A stretch of DNA of 64,000 nucleotides, from positions 1 through 64,000 of the IMG/VR virus record IMGVR_UViG_3300008012_000022; one strand, given 5' to 3'. The notes beneath the pieces were generated by a model that saw only the letters and a list, made by a program, of their open reading frames with translations, made no database searches and had not been told where the DNA came from. The position numbers and the translations under genes are program-made. Below are positions 29,539 to 39,448 of the stretch, piece after piece (positions within the stretch are counted from its first letter, which is position 1; each line of letters begins with the position of its first letter). The DNA comes from a virus.

Positions 29539-29566
29539 ATTATAGCATGATCACGTCCCTTGTCAA
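29539..29566 (-). promoter_or_regulatory. Consensus sigma70 promoter TTGACA-N16-TATAAT
   Basis: Perfect hexamers. Confidence 0.85.
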
Positions 29567-30663
29567 GCGAAACCTTCTTTTTCAGCACGTAAAAGCATCT
29601 TTTTATTGTAATCTAAGTGTTGAAATTTAGGACACCCTTCATAATATCGGCGCTTGACTACCTGACCATCTTGTGGTTCTGGTAAATCCGATGAGTCTAT
29701 TGCCGTAGCTAAGATTTTTCCATCGTCGCTTAGAAGAACATAATAAAAATAAGCAAACTTGCATTCGCAATACCACATGGGATCTCCATTAACCTTCTTC
29801 GCATCAGGGTGGTCAGCAGAAGTTTTGCCGTAGACACCACACTTCAACAGTCCAGCAAAACCGTGATACTTATCGACATAACCTTTGTCAGCAGCGAATT
29901 GTCTGGTAGCATCATGACGAGTAAAGTTATCTAAAGTATTTTGAATGTCAGTTAAGAAATGTTTGAACCCTTCAAGTTCAGCATCAGAAACGTCTGGTGT
30001 TTTAACAGAACCTTCATCAGGTCCAAACTGTAATAGATAAAATTCTGTCTCACGTTTAACCACATCAGGATATAGATGAGCAACGGCTAACCGATACATT
30101 AAGTCCTGAGTGTTATCTTCAATATCTTTCTGACAGAATAAACGTTTATTTGATTTAAAGTCACGTATTAATGCACGAGTTTTATTTTTAAAAAGGAATA
30201 ACTTATCAATGAAGCCGCGAATATGGTAACGAGTTTCACCGTCATCGTGCTCAATATCAAATGAAATTTCATCTACTGACTCGTCAGGATTGACAGACTC
30301 ACCAAAGAAATCATAGCGTAAACCAGAAAGGATCATGTTATTACAATGATCAATAGCCGCGATTTCTGACTCACCATCACGTCTCTTAACTAACTCAGAT
30401 GGATCACAACCATCTTTCTGTAAAAATTTCTCAACGTATCTATAAACCGCTGGTGAACCTGCTATGTCACCCGCATCAAGGATAGCTTTGTAGTGATGTT
30501 TATGGCGCGGATTTCCTAAGCATTCAAAAACTCCGTGACAAGCCGAACCCATAGCCAAAGCTGGTGTTTTGGTCTGTGGTAATTTCAATATATAATTGCA
30601 CCAGTATACCCAACTGCAATCCTGTAAGGTTTTGATTCGGCTAGCCGAAAGTTTAGTCATCAT
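29563..30663 (-). CDS. PD-(D/E)XK exonuclease, RecB/AddB/Cas4-like
   Basis: LSAS....C, G...H...E, RGFIDK, IRDFKS, Q.L.Y, C-terminal Cys cluster. Confidence 0.85.
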   Translation of the reverse strand: MMTKLSASRIKTLQDCSWVYWCNYILKLPQTKTPALAMGSACHGVFECLGNPRHKHHYKAILDAGDIAGSPAVYRYVEKFLQKDGCDPSELVKRRDGESEIAAIDHCNNMILSGLRYDFFGESVNPDESVDEISFDIEHDDGETRYHIRGFIDKLFLFKNKTRALIRDFKSNKRLFCQKDIEDNTQDLMYRLAVAHLYPDVVKRETEFYLLQFGPDEGSVKTPDVSDAELEGFKHFLTDIQNTLDNFTRHDATRQFAADKGYVDKYHGFAGLLKCGVYGKTSADHPDAKKVNGDPMWYCECKFAYFYYVLLSDDGKILATAIDSSDLPEPQDGQVVKRRYYEGCPKFQHLDYNKKMLLRAEKEGFA

Positions 30664-31690
30664 AATGAAAGTGATACTCCTTTTTTAATTTGCTTAGGGT
30701 TGGAAGAAGAGTCTTCATAGGAGTAATCGTTTGAGTGCCACGGAGCAACAAAGCAATCTGCTTTTTATGTTCCTCTTCGTCGTAGGTCACTCGAAAGTGG
30801 TCGGTAATTTTGTTACCTTTCATCTCACCGAAATCAACATGTTTGACTGGTGGCATGAACCACAGTTTCTTGAAATCAATCAATTGAAAAAGTTTTAGTA
30901 GGCTATTAATGCCCCCTTTTACACCCTCGTTTTGAGCTAATGGTTTTTGATGGTCGTTATTGAATGCAACGACCACATCTACATTAAGGGCGGCGAGTCT
31001 TGCCACAAGTCGCGGCGAAATACTGTTAGTAAATGCAACTATATTATTTGGAAATCCAGCTTGATACAGGGCCATTGAATCACCAATGGACTCGACAAGA
31101 ATCAAATACCCACGTTCACGAATAGATTCACGACATTCATTTACCGTATAGTAAGGGTATAGCCAATTATTTGCTTTGCCATTATGTAACCACTTAATAC
31201 GTGAGCGACCAGTAATATCACGCCCCGAAAACCCATGGATCTTACCATCTTTATTTCGGATAGGAAATACTACACGGTTATATAAACTCCCCTTAGTCGC
31301 TACACCAGCAGAATAAGCTTTTTGCGTTGCGGCTGTAATGGAAGCATCCTTTTCTTTATGCAAAAAGAAATCGTAGTCTGGTAGCAATCGCCCCAAACAA
31401 TCATCGGGAAATGTTTTTTCTTCGCTCAAAAATTGCCGCCTTTCATATCGTAACTGTTCTAGCTCAAACTGAGAAACGTCTTCTTTCCCTGTTGTTTTCT
31501 GTAACAGTTTTTTAAAGCTTTGCGCTTTACCGTCACCATCAACGAAGTCAATCCAGACACCCGAATTTTTGTAAATCTTGAGTGCCGTTGGATTGTCACC
31601 GTGTCTGAACACAGCGGCAGTCTGCCAGTAGTCGCCGCGATTATGTAGTTTGTATCCGAGGTTGACTAAAATTGTATAGTAGTCACTCAT
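30653..31690 (-). CDS. DNA primase (DnaG-like TOPRIM)
   Basis: RVVFPI....G.IHGFSGR, LVESIGD, AFNND; Cys-less N-terminal domain. Confidence 0.85.
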   Translation of the reverse strand: MSDYYTILVNLGYKLHNRGDYWQTAAVFRHGDNPTALKIYKNSGVWIDFVDGDGKAQSFKKLLQKTTGKEDVSQFELEQLRYERRQFLSEEKTFPDDCLGRLLPDYDFFLHKEKDASITAATQKAYSAGVATKGSLYNRVVFPIRNKDGKIHGFSGRDITGRSRIKWLHNGKANNWLYPYYTVNECRESIRERGYLILVESIGDSMALYQAGFPNNIVAFTNSISPRLVARLAALNVDVVVAFNNDHQKPLAQNEGVKGGINSLLKLFQLIDFKKLWFMPPVKHVDFGEMKGNKITDHFRVTYDEEEHKKQIALLLRGTQTITPMKTLLPTLSKLKKEYHFHYDD

Positions 31691-32463
31691 AGTGCAAGCA
31701 AGTCGCACACCTGTCCCTCCCCTTTCAATTCAATAGTATAGGGAGCATCATGCTCAGACTTAACGTAAATTTGAGAAGTTAACTCGTGTCGTTCATTGCG
31801 TCTACCTCGTGGTGACATACCACAATAAAACAAACCATTGTCCCATGCCAAACCACGAGACATAAACTTTTCTGGATCACCTATCTGTATAGTAGACAGG
31901 CATCGATTTAGACTAGTAGAAAATTCCTTGACTGTACACTCGTTTGAACTACACACCCATATCGAACCTTGATGTGGTTTGATAGTATGGATTCCATCTG
32001 CCTGCTCTAGTTTGTCAAACAGAATTTCACCGCTACTATGCTGGCGATACAGCTTGTTATTTGTCAACCCTGCAATGTAAAAACAGTTTTGATAAAATTC
32101 GATTGTGTTAATGTGTGGATGGGAACCCAACCAGTCTTCGGTTTTAACATTCTCGTTATCGATGTCGAAACTTACTACTCGTTTATGTGCTGTGTCCGTA
32201 AGGTATACGCGCCGATTTACGTAAGCAATACCATGAACATCACCAACCGTTGGCACCGTCCACTTCTCACGTAGTTGTAGATTGTGTTCCTTGTTGAAAC
32301 AATAATGGTATAGAATTGTAGCTGAGTCATGATGGCGACTTGCCACCAGAAATCCGTCGCCAGTTTTGGCGAGTCCATAATATAATCCGTTGTCCTGATC
32401 AAGTGTCTCAATTGTAATGCCCTCGATCTTCAATACTTTATTTGATGTTGTAGCTATGACCAT
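31687..32463 (-). CDS. Beta-propeller protein (DUF4915-like)
   Basis: YYGLA, DVHGI, H.N.I, H.I, RGLA blade repeats. Confidence 0.6.
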   Translation of the reverse strand: MVIATTSNKVLKIEGITIETLDQDNGLYYGLAKTGDGFLVASRHHDSATILYHYCFNKEHNLQLREKWTVPTVGDVHGIAYVNRRVYLTDTAHKRVVSFDIDNENVKTEDWLGSHPHINTIEFYQNCFYIAGLTNNKLYRQHSSGEILFDKLEQADGIHTIKPHQGSIWVCSSNECTVKEFSTSLNRCLSTIQIGDPEKFMSRGLAWDNGLFYCGMSPRGRRNERHELTSQIYVKSEHDAPYTIELKGEGQVCDLLAL

Positions 32464-32895
32464 AACTTTTTTACTGTCCTCATGTTTTAACTTTTGGTTC
32501 TAGTCCGTCCTTTATTATACGGAATCCTTCAATTTCATCAGGTAAGGAACGATAAACTTTCATCGATCCCGCCTGATACCTTACATACAAAACTACCTCG
32601 TCTTCCCAATTGCCAACTCGAACGACAAGGCGTGAATGAAATTCTTGTAACCTTTCTTTCGCTATATCTACTGCCTGTGGTTTCATCCACCCTTCGCCGC
32701 TTTACTTCTCTGTAGACTTTTTACGTATCGATCCCACGTGCGGTAATCTTTGCGCTTTCTTAGTGCTCGTTTCCACCCGTTTTTCCAAAAGCTGTAGTTT
32801 TCTCCACTCAAAATAAAATTGTGTTTCGTAGTGCATAATAAAAGGTCCAGCCAACAGCTTTATGCCATCAACCGGACAGCCCCTATTACACTAAT

Positions 32896-33126
32896 TTACC
32901 ACGTTTTAATCGCCGCTTCACTCCCCGTCTCTAAGAACTCTAAAAGTTCTTTCTTAGTAATATCGTTGGTTAACGACTCAAATAATTGCCCCAAAAGTTT
33001 GACGCTAAAACCTGTGTCTGCTATAATTTCCTCATCAATGTGTTTGATAAGCTCAAGAGTTTCATCTTCTGAAAGCTCACTTGCTGCCTCCAATACATCT
33101 ACTTCAATTGTTACTGTTGCATTCAT
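32896..33126 (-). CDS. Small acidic hypothetical protein
   Basis: Coupled to the helicase stop. Confidence 0.55.
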   Translation of the reverse strand: MNATVTIEVDVLEAASELSEDETLELIKHIDEEIIADTGFSVKLLGQLFESLTNDITKKELLEFLETGSEAAIKTW

Positions 33127-34667
33127 GCTAATTCATTTGGTAATTCTGATTCATCAGATTGTTGAGGTTGAACATCACGATTCTCAAGGTGATGCACGAT
33201 GTCTCGAAAGTCACCACGATCTTCGAAACTAAAATTTTCAAAATTTAGGTTAATGAAATTCTTTCTTGCTGGTCCGTCTGGATGATCAACAGGATTAATA
33301 TGTCCAGCAACATCTTCTCCTAAGTGCCGCGCCAACAAACCAATTAAGTTGTGTGTTCCGAATTGTTCGCCCCATCTACCACGTTCATCTTGAGTTTTCC
33401 ACCTTAACATGAAAGACCACGAAGCAAATTGGGGGATTAAATCTGACAGCGCCATTGCCCCTTCATGCTCAAGGTCTTGAACGCTGTTAGCATCATGACC
33501 TGACGTGATACCCAAACGATTACATTGAACACTGGTTGCCATAGATACAACAGGCTCACCATCAAATTTTAAATCTTTGGTTATCACTCGCTTAAATCCG
33601 TCAAGAGTCTTGCCAACAAATGCCCAATCACTACCACGTCCGAGATTATCAAAATCAGTCTTGAGATAATCAAATGAGAAAACAGCTTCCTCACCCCTAC
33701 CTACATTCTCATAGTAGACACGCTTGAGAAGACTACACATTTCTTCACTTGATAATCCTGCTACATTCTCATATAAGATCTTTGTTTTCTTTATGCGACT
33801 CCATACGTCACGGACCCGTTGAAATACTTCTTCGGCACTCCAATCATTGTAGCTACGCTTGCGCCATGAACCATCCTCCAACATAAATTGTGGGATGCCT
33901 GACATACCACTAACCATACGAAACATCAATTCGCGCTCTGACATCTCCCCATTATCAAAATGAATGATAGGAACCTGATGCGTATATGAAGTTTTCATCG
34001 CCATATCGATGAGGAAAGAAGTCTTACCAGCTTTTGATCGTGCCGCAAGACAGAAAATGTTTCCTCCGCGAAGAACACTACCATAAATACGGTTCATCGT
34101 CTCGTATGGAGAGGGAAACCCAATGTGTTCAGGTGGATTGTTGGCGATACCTTCGATAAAATCTTCAGCACGCTCCGATAGATTGACTGTAGTTTTTTCG
34201 CCGCCAGCTTCAAAAGATGAGATAGCATCATTGTGTATCTTATCTACAGACGACATTAACTCATTGTATGGAGTCGAAGGATCTACCTTTTTGACAAACT
34301 TCTTTTGTTCTTCTGCAACGTTCCACATTGCTCGACGGAACGTTACCTTTTTCAATTCTTTGATTGAAGTTAAAAAGACATCAAGGGGTATCTCATAATA
34401 AATTAATGACCTGACATATTCTGGTAGGTCAATGTTATCTACAAAGGATGTTCCTAATTGTTTGAAGCGCCCAATTAATATTGTGTCATCAATTGCTTCG
34501 CTGTTGTTTAGCGCCGAACGTATCAGCTTAAACATAGATACGTGAACCTTACTATCCTCTGAGTAGAAGTCGTCTTCTACGAGAAGTGTTGCTATCTGCC
34601 CCCACGTTTCCTGATGCTGTAGTAATCCACTCAGCACCTTCTTTTCTAGATCAAGTTCTTTAATCAT
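33123..34667 (-). CDS. dnaB: Replicative DnaB-like helicase
   Basis: AARSKAGKT, EM, FDYLK, Q.NR, SD.I.Q. Confidence 0.88.
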   Translation of the reverse strand: MIKELDLEKKVLSGLLQHQETWGQIATLLVEDDFYSEDSKVHVSMFKLIRSALNNSEAIDDTILIGRFKQLGTSFVDNIDLPEYVRSLIYYEIPLDVFLTSIKELKKVTFRRAMWNVAEEQKKFVKKVDPSTPYNELMSSVDKIHNDAISSFEAGGEKTTVNLSERAEDFIEGIANNPPEHIGFPSPYETMNRIYGSVLRGGNIFCLAARSKAGKTSFLIDMAMKTSYTHQVPIIHFDNGEMSERELMFRMVSGMSGIPQFMLEDGSWRKRSYNDWSAEEVFQRVRDVWSRIKKTKILYENVAGLSSEEMCSLLKRVYYENVGRGEEAVFSFDYLKTDFDNLGRGSDWAFVGKTLDGFKRVITKDLKFDGEPVVSMATSVQCNRLGITSGHDANSVQDLEHEGAMALSDLIPQFASWSFMLRWKTQDERGRWGEQFGTHNLIGLLARHLGEDVAGHINPVDHPDGPARKNFINLNFENFSFEDRGDFRDIVHHLENRDVQPQQSDESELPNELA

Positions 34668-35088
34668 CTTCTTCCTCTTCTTCCCCGTAATTGTGATACG
34701 TATCACTTACGCAGCTTGATATAGCACAATACGTAGCTTCATCTTGATACTTTTCATAATAGACTGGCTTGCCATTTTCATTAATATAGAAGAAAAGGAA
34801 ACCTTTGTTGTTACCATAAACGTCACCTGTTGAATGAAACAAGTTTTCCAATAAGGCGAGTGGATTATCATCTTCATAATCCTCATCGGGGTAGAATTCG
34901 ATGATTGATATTATTGCTAGCCGAGTTGCAGTATTGACTGGTCTAGCCACACAATTAGGAATACCATCACGACCAATAAAAAATAAAAAGAAACCTTTGT
35001 TACCACCACGGGAGTTTCCCGTAGCATCAAATAGTTTTGTAAGTAAACTGTCGGGAACACCAGTTTGGGGCAATCTTTCTTTGTCCAT
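34660..35088 (-). CDS. Hypothetical protein made of two tandem copies of one domain
   Basis: LFDATG...GNKGFFLFFI..DG.P and LFHSTG...NNKGFLFFYI..NG.P. Confidence 0.7.
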   Translation of the reverse strand: MDKERLPQTGVPDSLLTKLFDATGNSRGGNKGFFLFFIGRDGIPNCVARPVNTATRLAIISIIEFYPDEDYEDDNPLALLENLFHSTGDVYGNNKGFLFFYINENGKPVYYEKYQDEATYCAISSCVSDTYHNYGEEEEEDD

Positions 35089-35114
35089 ATTTCTGCTTAA
35101 GAATCAAGTTACCA

Positions 35115-35525
35115 CTACTTTTCATAATCGTCAAGTATTTTTTGCACACTTTCAGATAAATCCTCTCCCTCGTAGATACGATACAGCTTGATACCATTGT
35201 CTTCGCAGAAAATTTCCTTCTTATCATCTCGTTTGAGTTGATCTAGAAAGTTCATTCTGTTACCCCTGTGAAAGAATTTATTAAATTCGATGTGTTGTTT
35301 GCCATCGACTTCTATCGCCACCTCCTGAGTGGCGTTGTAGAAGTCGATGGTCATCCTCGTTCCAACAACAGGAAATTCTTCGAAAACTCTATCGCCGCGC
35401 CAAACTTCTTTTAAGATTTGTTTGACAGAAGCTTGTAGTTTACTGCGCGATTTAGCGTCCCAATCCACCACATATTTAGATGAATTGACTTTTATTTTTC
35501 TGCCAGTCGCGCTTAGGAAAATCAT
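35115..35525 (-). CDS. Vsr/DUF559-like endonuclease
   Basis: EEFP, DFY, AIEVDGKQH, RD..K...C..NGI.L. Confidence 0.8.
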   Translation of the reverse strand: MIFLSATGRKIKVNSSKYVVDWDAKSRSKLQASVKQILKEVWRGDRVFEEFPVVGTRMTIDFYNATQEVAIEVDGKQHIEFNKFFHRGNRMNFLDQLKRDDKKEIFCEDNGIKLYRIYEGEDLSESVQKILDDYEK

Positions 35526-36655
35526 AGTTTATCTAAAATGTTTGTGTCAACAAAGTCCGATAGCTTATTACACAAGTCTTTGTCTTCTTCGACAACAGTA
35601 TACCATTTTTCTATACCCTGAATATTTAGAGGCTTGTCTTCACCTAAGTAGCTAGTCACGGAATCATCTGTCTTGATCCACGAACCCTTTTTAATTAAAT
35701 ATCCCCATGCTAAAAGTAAATCAATAATTTCGCGCTCATTCCAGATCGCAGACTGACCAACCCTACCAAACTTAATAGGATATTTGGCTTGCAACTGAGT
35801 AGTTTCATTAGTCGATTTACAGATACGAATACCTACATTTCTTCCCCATGGTTTATTCTCTGGTCCAATCTGCCCCTTCATATCGGGACGAAAGTAATCA
35901 CCTTGATTGGGGCGCATAAATTCAATCACCCAATTGGGATAGTGCACAGCCGCATTACCACCTGATGCGCCACCGAGTTTGTTTCTGTCCTTCGGATCAT
36001 ACTGACTGGTCTTGATCTCTGCTCGTACCTGTGCCATCATAATACATAGATGTCCGAACTCTCCGAGATATAGATTTGTGCGCTTAAGAAAATCACCTGT
36101 CATGACAGCACCACCCGCGACTTTCGGTGCATCACCTGTAGACTTTTCAAGATCCTCTTTGCGAATCAGTCCGTCCATGGAATCAACGAGAATACAGTAG
36201 CGGGTTTTGTTTTCTCTGTCTGTAATGAGCGCACGTAATAGGTCGAATACCACCTCATATACATTACATTTAAACACCCAACACATTCCCTCTTCCCACT
36301 CTTCGGGGTCGTCTGTGAACTTAGTATTCACACGTGCGGTCATGTTCTCATCTAAGCGACCTTCTGCTTTGATGAGTATTCCCTTTGAATTGGGAACTGT
36401 AGCTAGAAAATTCTCTTGAACCTCTAAAGCTTCAGCGGTTTTGCCCGTCTCAGTTGGTCCAACAAACCTCACTAAACCACTGCCGAAACCACCATCTATC
36501 AACTTGTCGAAAATCTTCGAACCTGTTGAAATTTTATAGTCACCACGAAATTCTTCACCATTCAGGTGATATTTTTTAATATCTTTCGTAGCTATATAGT
36601 TTTTTACATATCGTTGATCAAAATCTAATTCGTCTTCTTCTTCTTTTTTACTCAT
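35522..36655 (-). CDS. RecA/UvsX-like recombinase
   Basis: STGS...D, GP.ETGKT, AEGR, VDS, Q.R, GGNA, K.GSW. Confidence 0.88.
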   Translation of the reverse strand: MSKKEEEDELDFDQRYVKNYIATKDIKKYHLNGEEFRGDYKISTGSKIFDKLIDGGFGSGLVRFVGPTETGKTAEALEVQENFLATVPNSKGILIKAEGRLDENMTARVNTKFTDDPEEWEEGMCWVFKCNVYEVVFDLLRALITDRENKTRYCILVDSMDGLIRKEDLEKSTGDAPKVAGGAVMTGDFLKRTNLYLGEFGHLCIMMAQVRAEIKTSQYDPKDRNKLGGASGGNAAVHYPNWVIEFMRPNQGDYFRPDMKGQIGPENKPWGRNVGIRICKSTNETTQLQAKYPIKFGRVGQSAIWNEREIIDLLLAWGYLIKKGSWIKTDDSVTSYLGEDKPLNIQGIEKWYTVVEEDKDLCNKLSDFVDTNILDKL

Positions 36656-37019
36656 TGAGGAACTGTCTTAAGGATGGGATGGCTTTGACATCTTTATCCT
36701 CACCGATCTTTTCCTCTTGCTCGACAGACTCAATTGTTTTGGGTTTGAAATTGAACTTGTTCAACTCCGTTTCTAAATAAGCTTTTCCTTTCTCTCCTAA
36801 AAAGTAACACACACTATTCATATTCTTAAATGCTGGTGCCACTTTATTGAGAAATTCAATAGGATATCTTAGTTCCTTTGGCGTTTTTGATTTGTGATCA
36901 ACAAAGAAAATTTTCTTTGTATGACCCATCTCTACACGCCATTGGATTTTTGAATGATCAGGAATCATTCGACCCAAAAAGTCTTTCCGCTCTTGAAAAT
37001 AAGTCGGTGGTTTAGCCAT
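36648..37019 (-). CDS. Hypothetical protein
   Basis: Coupled ORF. Confidence 0.6.
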   Translation of the reverse strand: MAKPPTYFQERKDFLGRMIPDHSKIQWRVEMGHTKKIFFVDHKSKTPKELRYPIEFLNKVAPAFKNMNSVCYFLGEKGKAYLETELNKFNFKPKTIESVEQEEKIGEDKDVKAIPSLRQFLNE

Positions 37020-37275
37020 AACTTTCTAAACTAAGATATGTTCTTTCGTGAATAATTTTAATCGGAATATCAAAAAAAGTTGGAAAAGGGACTCCAATCA
37101 ATCCCAACCCCTCTAACTCTGCTGTTCCTAAATGAAGCTCTTTAACTAACGCTGAAATAGGATAGTTTTTAAGAACAAAATTCGCACTAGCCAGACTGCG
37201 GCGATAAGAAACAAGAAAATCAATGATGCGATCAGCAACGCTAAAGTCCTTGACGTTTAATTTCGTTGTGATCAT
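37012..37275 (-). CDS. Hypothetical protein
   Basis: Coupled ORF. Confidence 0.5.
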   Translation of the reverse strand: MITTKLNVKDFSVADRIIDFLVSYRRSLASANFVLKNYPISALVKELHLGTAELEGLGLIGVPFPTFFDIPIKIIHERTYLSLESYG

Positions 37276-38365
37276 GTTGAACCATCTTACTTACTAATCC
37301 CTGAAAGTCAAGTAGGGGTTGCCAATTTAAATCTTCTCTTGCTGGAATTGAATCGCCCCAAAGTAATTCAACTTCATTGGGTCGCCAAAATTCAGGATTT
37401 ACCTTTACAAATGTATCTGTAATACCTGTGCGAGTAACACGAAACGTTTCCTTCTGTCCCTTGCCGTGCCACTTACCTTCTATACCTAATTCCTTGAACG
37501 ACAATTCAACAAATTCACGAATAGTATGAGTCTCATCACTAGCAAGAACATAATCTTTGGCATGGCGATTATCGAATTCATAAACGCGCCCAACAGTATA
37601 TGCTTCTTCACATCCATGAGCACTAGAAAAAGACTTGTCTTGATTTAACATGCGCCAAATTCCATCCATGAAATCCATGCTATCACTCCAGTCTCGCTTA
37701 ACTCCGAGATTACCTAATTCAAGTGGTGTAATAGGAACACCTCTATCTAGTTGATGTCTGATGCGTGCCACAGCTTTAGAAATCTTTCGTGTCACGAATT
37801 CTTCTCCCCGTCTAACTCCCTCGTGATTGAATAACAATCCTTGAACGGCATAAATGCCATAAGATTCGCGCCAGACTTTTACCATGTGATGCGCCGAACA
37901 TTTTGATATACCATATGGTGATCGTGGTCGGAACGGATGAGCTATATCTTGTGGTGAATATTTTACGTCACCAAATTGTTCGCTTGATCCTGCATTATAG
38001 TAACGACAGTCTGGTGCATGACGCCTGATTGCCTCCAGTTGATACATGACAGGCATAGCATTGTTCATCATGTGTTGCACTGGCATCTTCCAACTCGTGC
38101 CGACAAAACTATTCGCCGCAAAGTTGATAAAGTAATCAGGTTCTTCTTCCTGTATGATAAGGTTAGTATTTATTTGATCTGTAACGTCAAGGTCTATCAG
38201 CTTGAACCGTGGCTCATCTTTTAGATGTTCAATGTTTTCGTGATTCTTGACAGATAGTCGGCGCACTCCACCTACTACTGTATCATCAGTATGCTTAAGC
38301 AGGTAGTCAACCATATTGCTACCATCTTGCCCTGTTACTCCTGTAATTAAAATTTTCTTACTCAT
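37241..38365 (-). CDS. gmd: GDP-mannose 4,6-dehydratase
   Basis: ITGVTGQDGS, SSE.FG, PRSPYG.SK, LFNHE..RRG.EFVTRKI, LGNL..KRDW. Confidence 0.93.
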   Translation of the reverse strand: MSKKILITGVTGQDGSNMVDYLLKHTDDTVVGGVRRLSVKNHENIEHLKDEPRFKLIDLDVTDQINTNLIIQEEEPDYFINFAANSFVGTSWKMPVQHMMNNAMPVMYQLEAIRRHAPDCRYYNAGSSEQFGDVKYSPQDIAHPFRPRSPYGISKCSAHHMVKVWRESYGIYAVQGLLFNHEGVRRGEEFVTRKISKAVARIRHQLDRGVPITPLELGNLGVKRDWSDSMDFMDGIWRMLNQDKSFSSAHGCEEAYTVGRVYEFDNRHAKDYVLASDETHTIREFVELSFKELGIEGKWHGKGQKETFRVTRTGITDTFVKVNPEFWRPNEVELLWGDSIPAREDLNWQPLLDFQGLVSKMVQHDHNEIKRQGL

Positions 38366-38504
38366 TATACAAAAATAAACACTCCGAGAAATATCCCCAC
38401 TACAAGGCTCTGCACAAGACCTTGCCACCACTCGTCACTAGTATTAAATAATACAAGATAAATAGGTACTGTTAACGCTAGTTGCTGCCAATAAGTAACT
38501 TCAA

Positions 38505-38816
38505 TCATCGAATAAGTTCCCCCATAATAAATGTGTCAGGTCCACAACGTGTAGTATTGACAGCCTCTTGAATATCCAGAATAATTTGCTCCAACAAAAT
38601 ACCTTGATCTAACTTTATTTGGACTTCGTTGCGGTCCTTATCTGCTTGCGCCCACCGAACACCTTCGACACGGAACACAGCTAGTTCTACTGCTGACTCA
38701 CAGTTGCCACAACCCATACCTTCAATAGCTATGACTCGTGCATCTGCTGGATATTCTACTTTTTCGGCGCACCCAATTAGTGCTACTGCCGCTATGATTG
38801 ATAGTAATAATTTCAT
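38505..38816 (-). CDS. Lipoprotein with a heavy-metal-associated (HMA) domain
   Basis: Lipobox LIGC; IEGMGCGNC...VE.A...VEGV. Confidence 0.8.
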   Translation of the reverse strand: MKLLLSIIAAVALIGCAEKVEYPADARVIAIEGMGCGNCESAVELAVFRVEGVRWAQADKDRNEVQIKLDQGILLEQIILDIQEAVNTTRCGPDTFIMGELIR

Positions 38817-39448
38817 TTTTGATAACAACTCCACACTGCCGCATTAGCTTCCTCAGTGCAGAAATCTTTTAAGTTTTCATTGAGAACAGTAGCAGAAATC
38901 TCTCCATACCAACTCTCATGCCAGTCCCATCGTTTGCCTAAATATTCGGCCTCAAATATTTCTTTGTTTGGTGCGTAGTCGTGAGTCATGATGACATCAC
39001 CCGTTTTAAGATATGGAGAAAGTAATTGGAACTCAAGGTTTTTGTCACCACCATCACAGAATACTAACGATTGACCTTCGTTTTGAATTATTCCTCCAAT
39101 TCTTTCTATCATATGAAATATGTTACCATGCACCCTCATAACTCTATTGGACAGTTTCGATTTCTCTAACGCTTCAATATCGTAAGCATAAATGGGAATA
39201 TTTCTTGATAAACAATGATCATGAAGTAATGAGGTAAAACCTCCATGACGATAACCCAACTCAAGAATTCTCATTGGTGAAGTTTCACGCGACAACTTAT
39301 TTAGAAACTCAAATATATTATTGTTTTGTTCTGTTCTAACCCCTTTATAGAAAAAAGGATAATAGTCTTTGTCAGGGAACTCAGGATCAGGAACCACATT
39401 GTTCATGTTTATTCCATAGCGCCATCTTTTATATAATTTCTTTATCAT
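38813..39448 (-). CDS. Class I SAM-dependent methyltransferase
   Basis: ILELGY..GG, YDI, FCDGG.K, L..GD.I..HDY. Confidence 0.75.
   Translation of the reverse strand: MIKKLYKRWRYGINMNNVVPDPEFPDKDYYPFFYKGVRTEQNNNIFEFLNKLSRETSPMRILELGYRHGGFTSLLHDHCLSRNIPIYAYDIEALEKSKLSNRVMRVHGNIFHMIERIGGIIQNEGQSLVFCDGGDKNLEFQLLSPYLKTGDVIMTHDYAPNKEIFEAEYLGKRWDWHESWYGEISATVLNENLKDFCTEEANAAVWSCYQK

Noticed and set aside
29563-30663. CRISPR-associated Cas4
   Set aside because: No cas1/cas2 or array; it sits in the replication operon as a stand-alone phage exonuclease.
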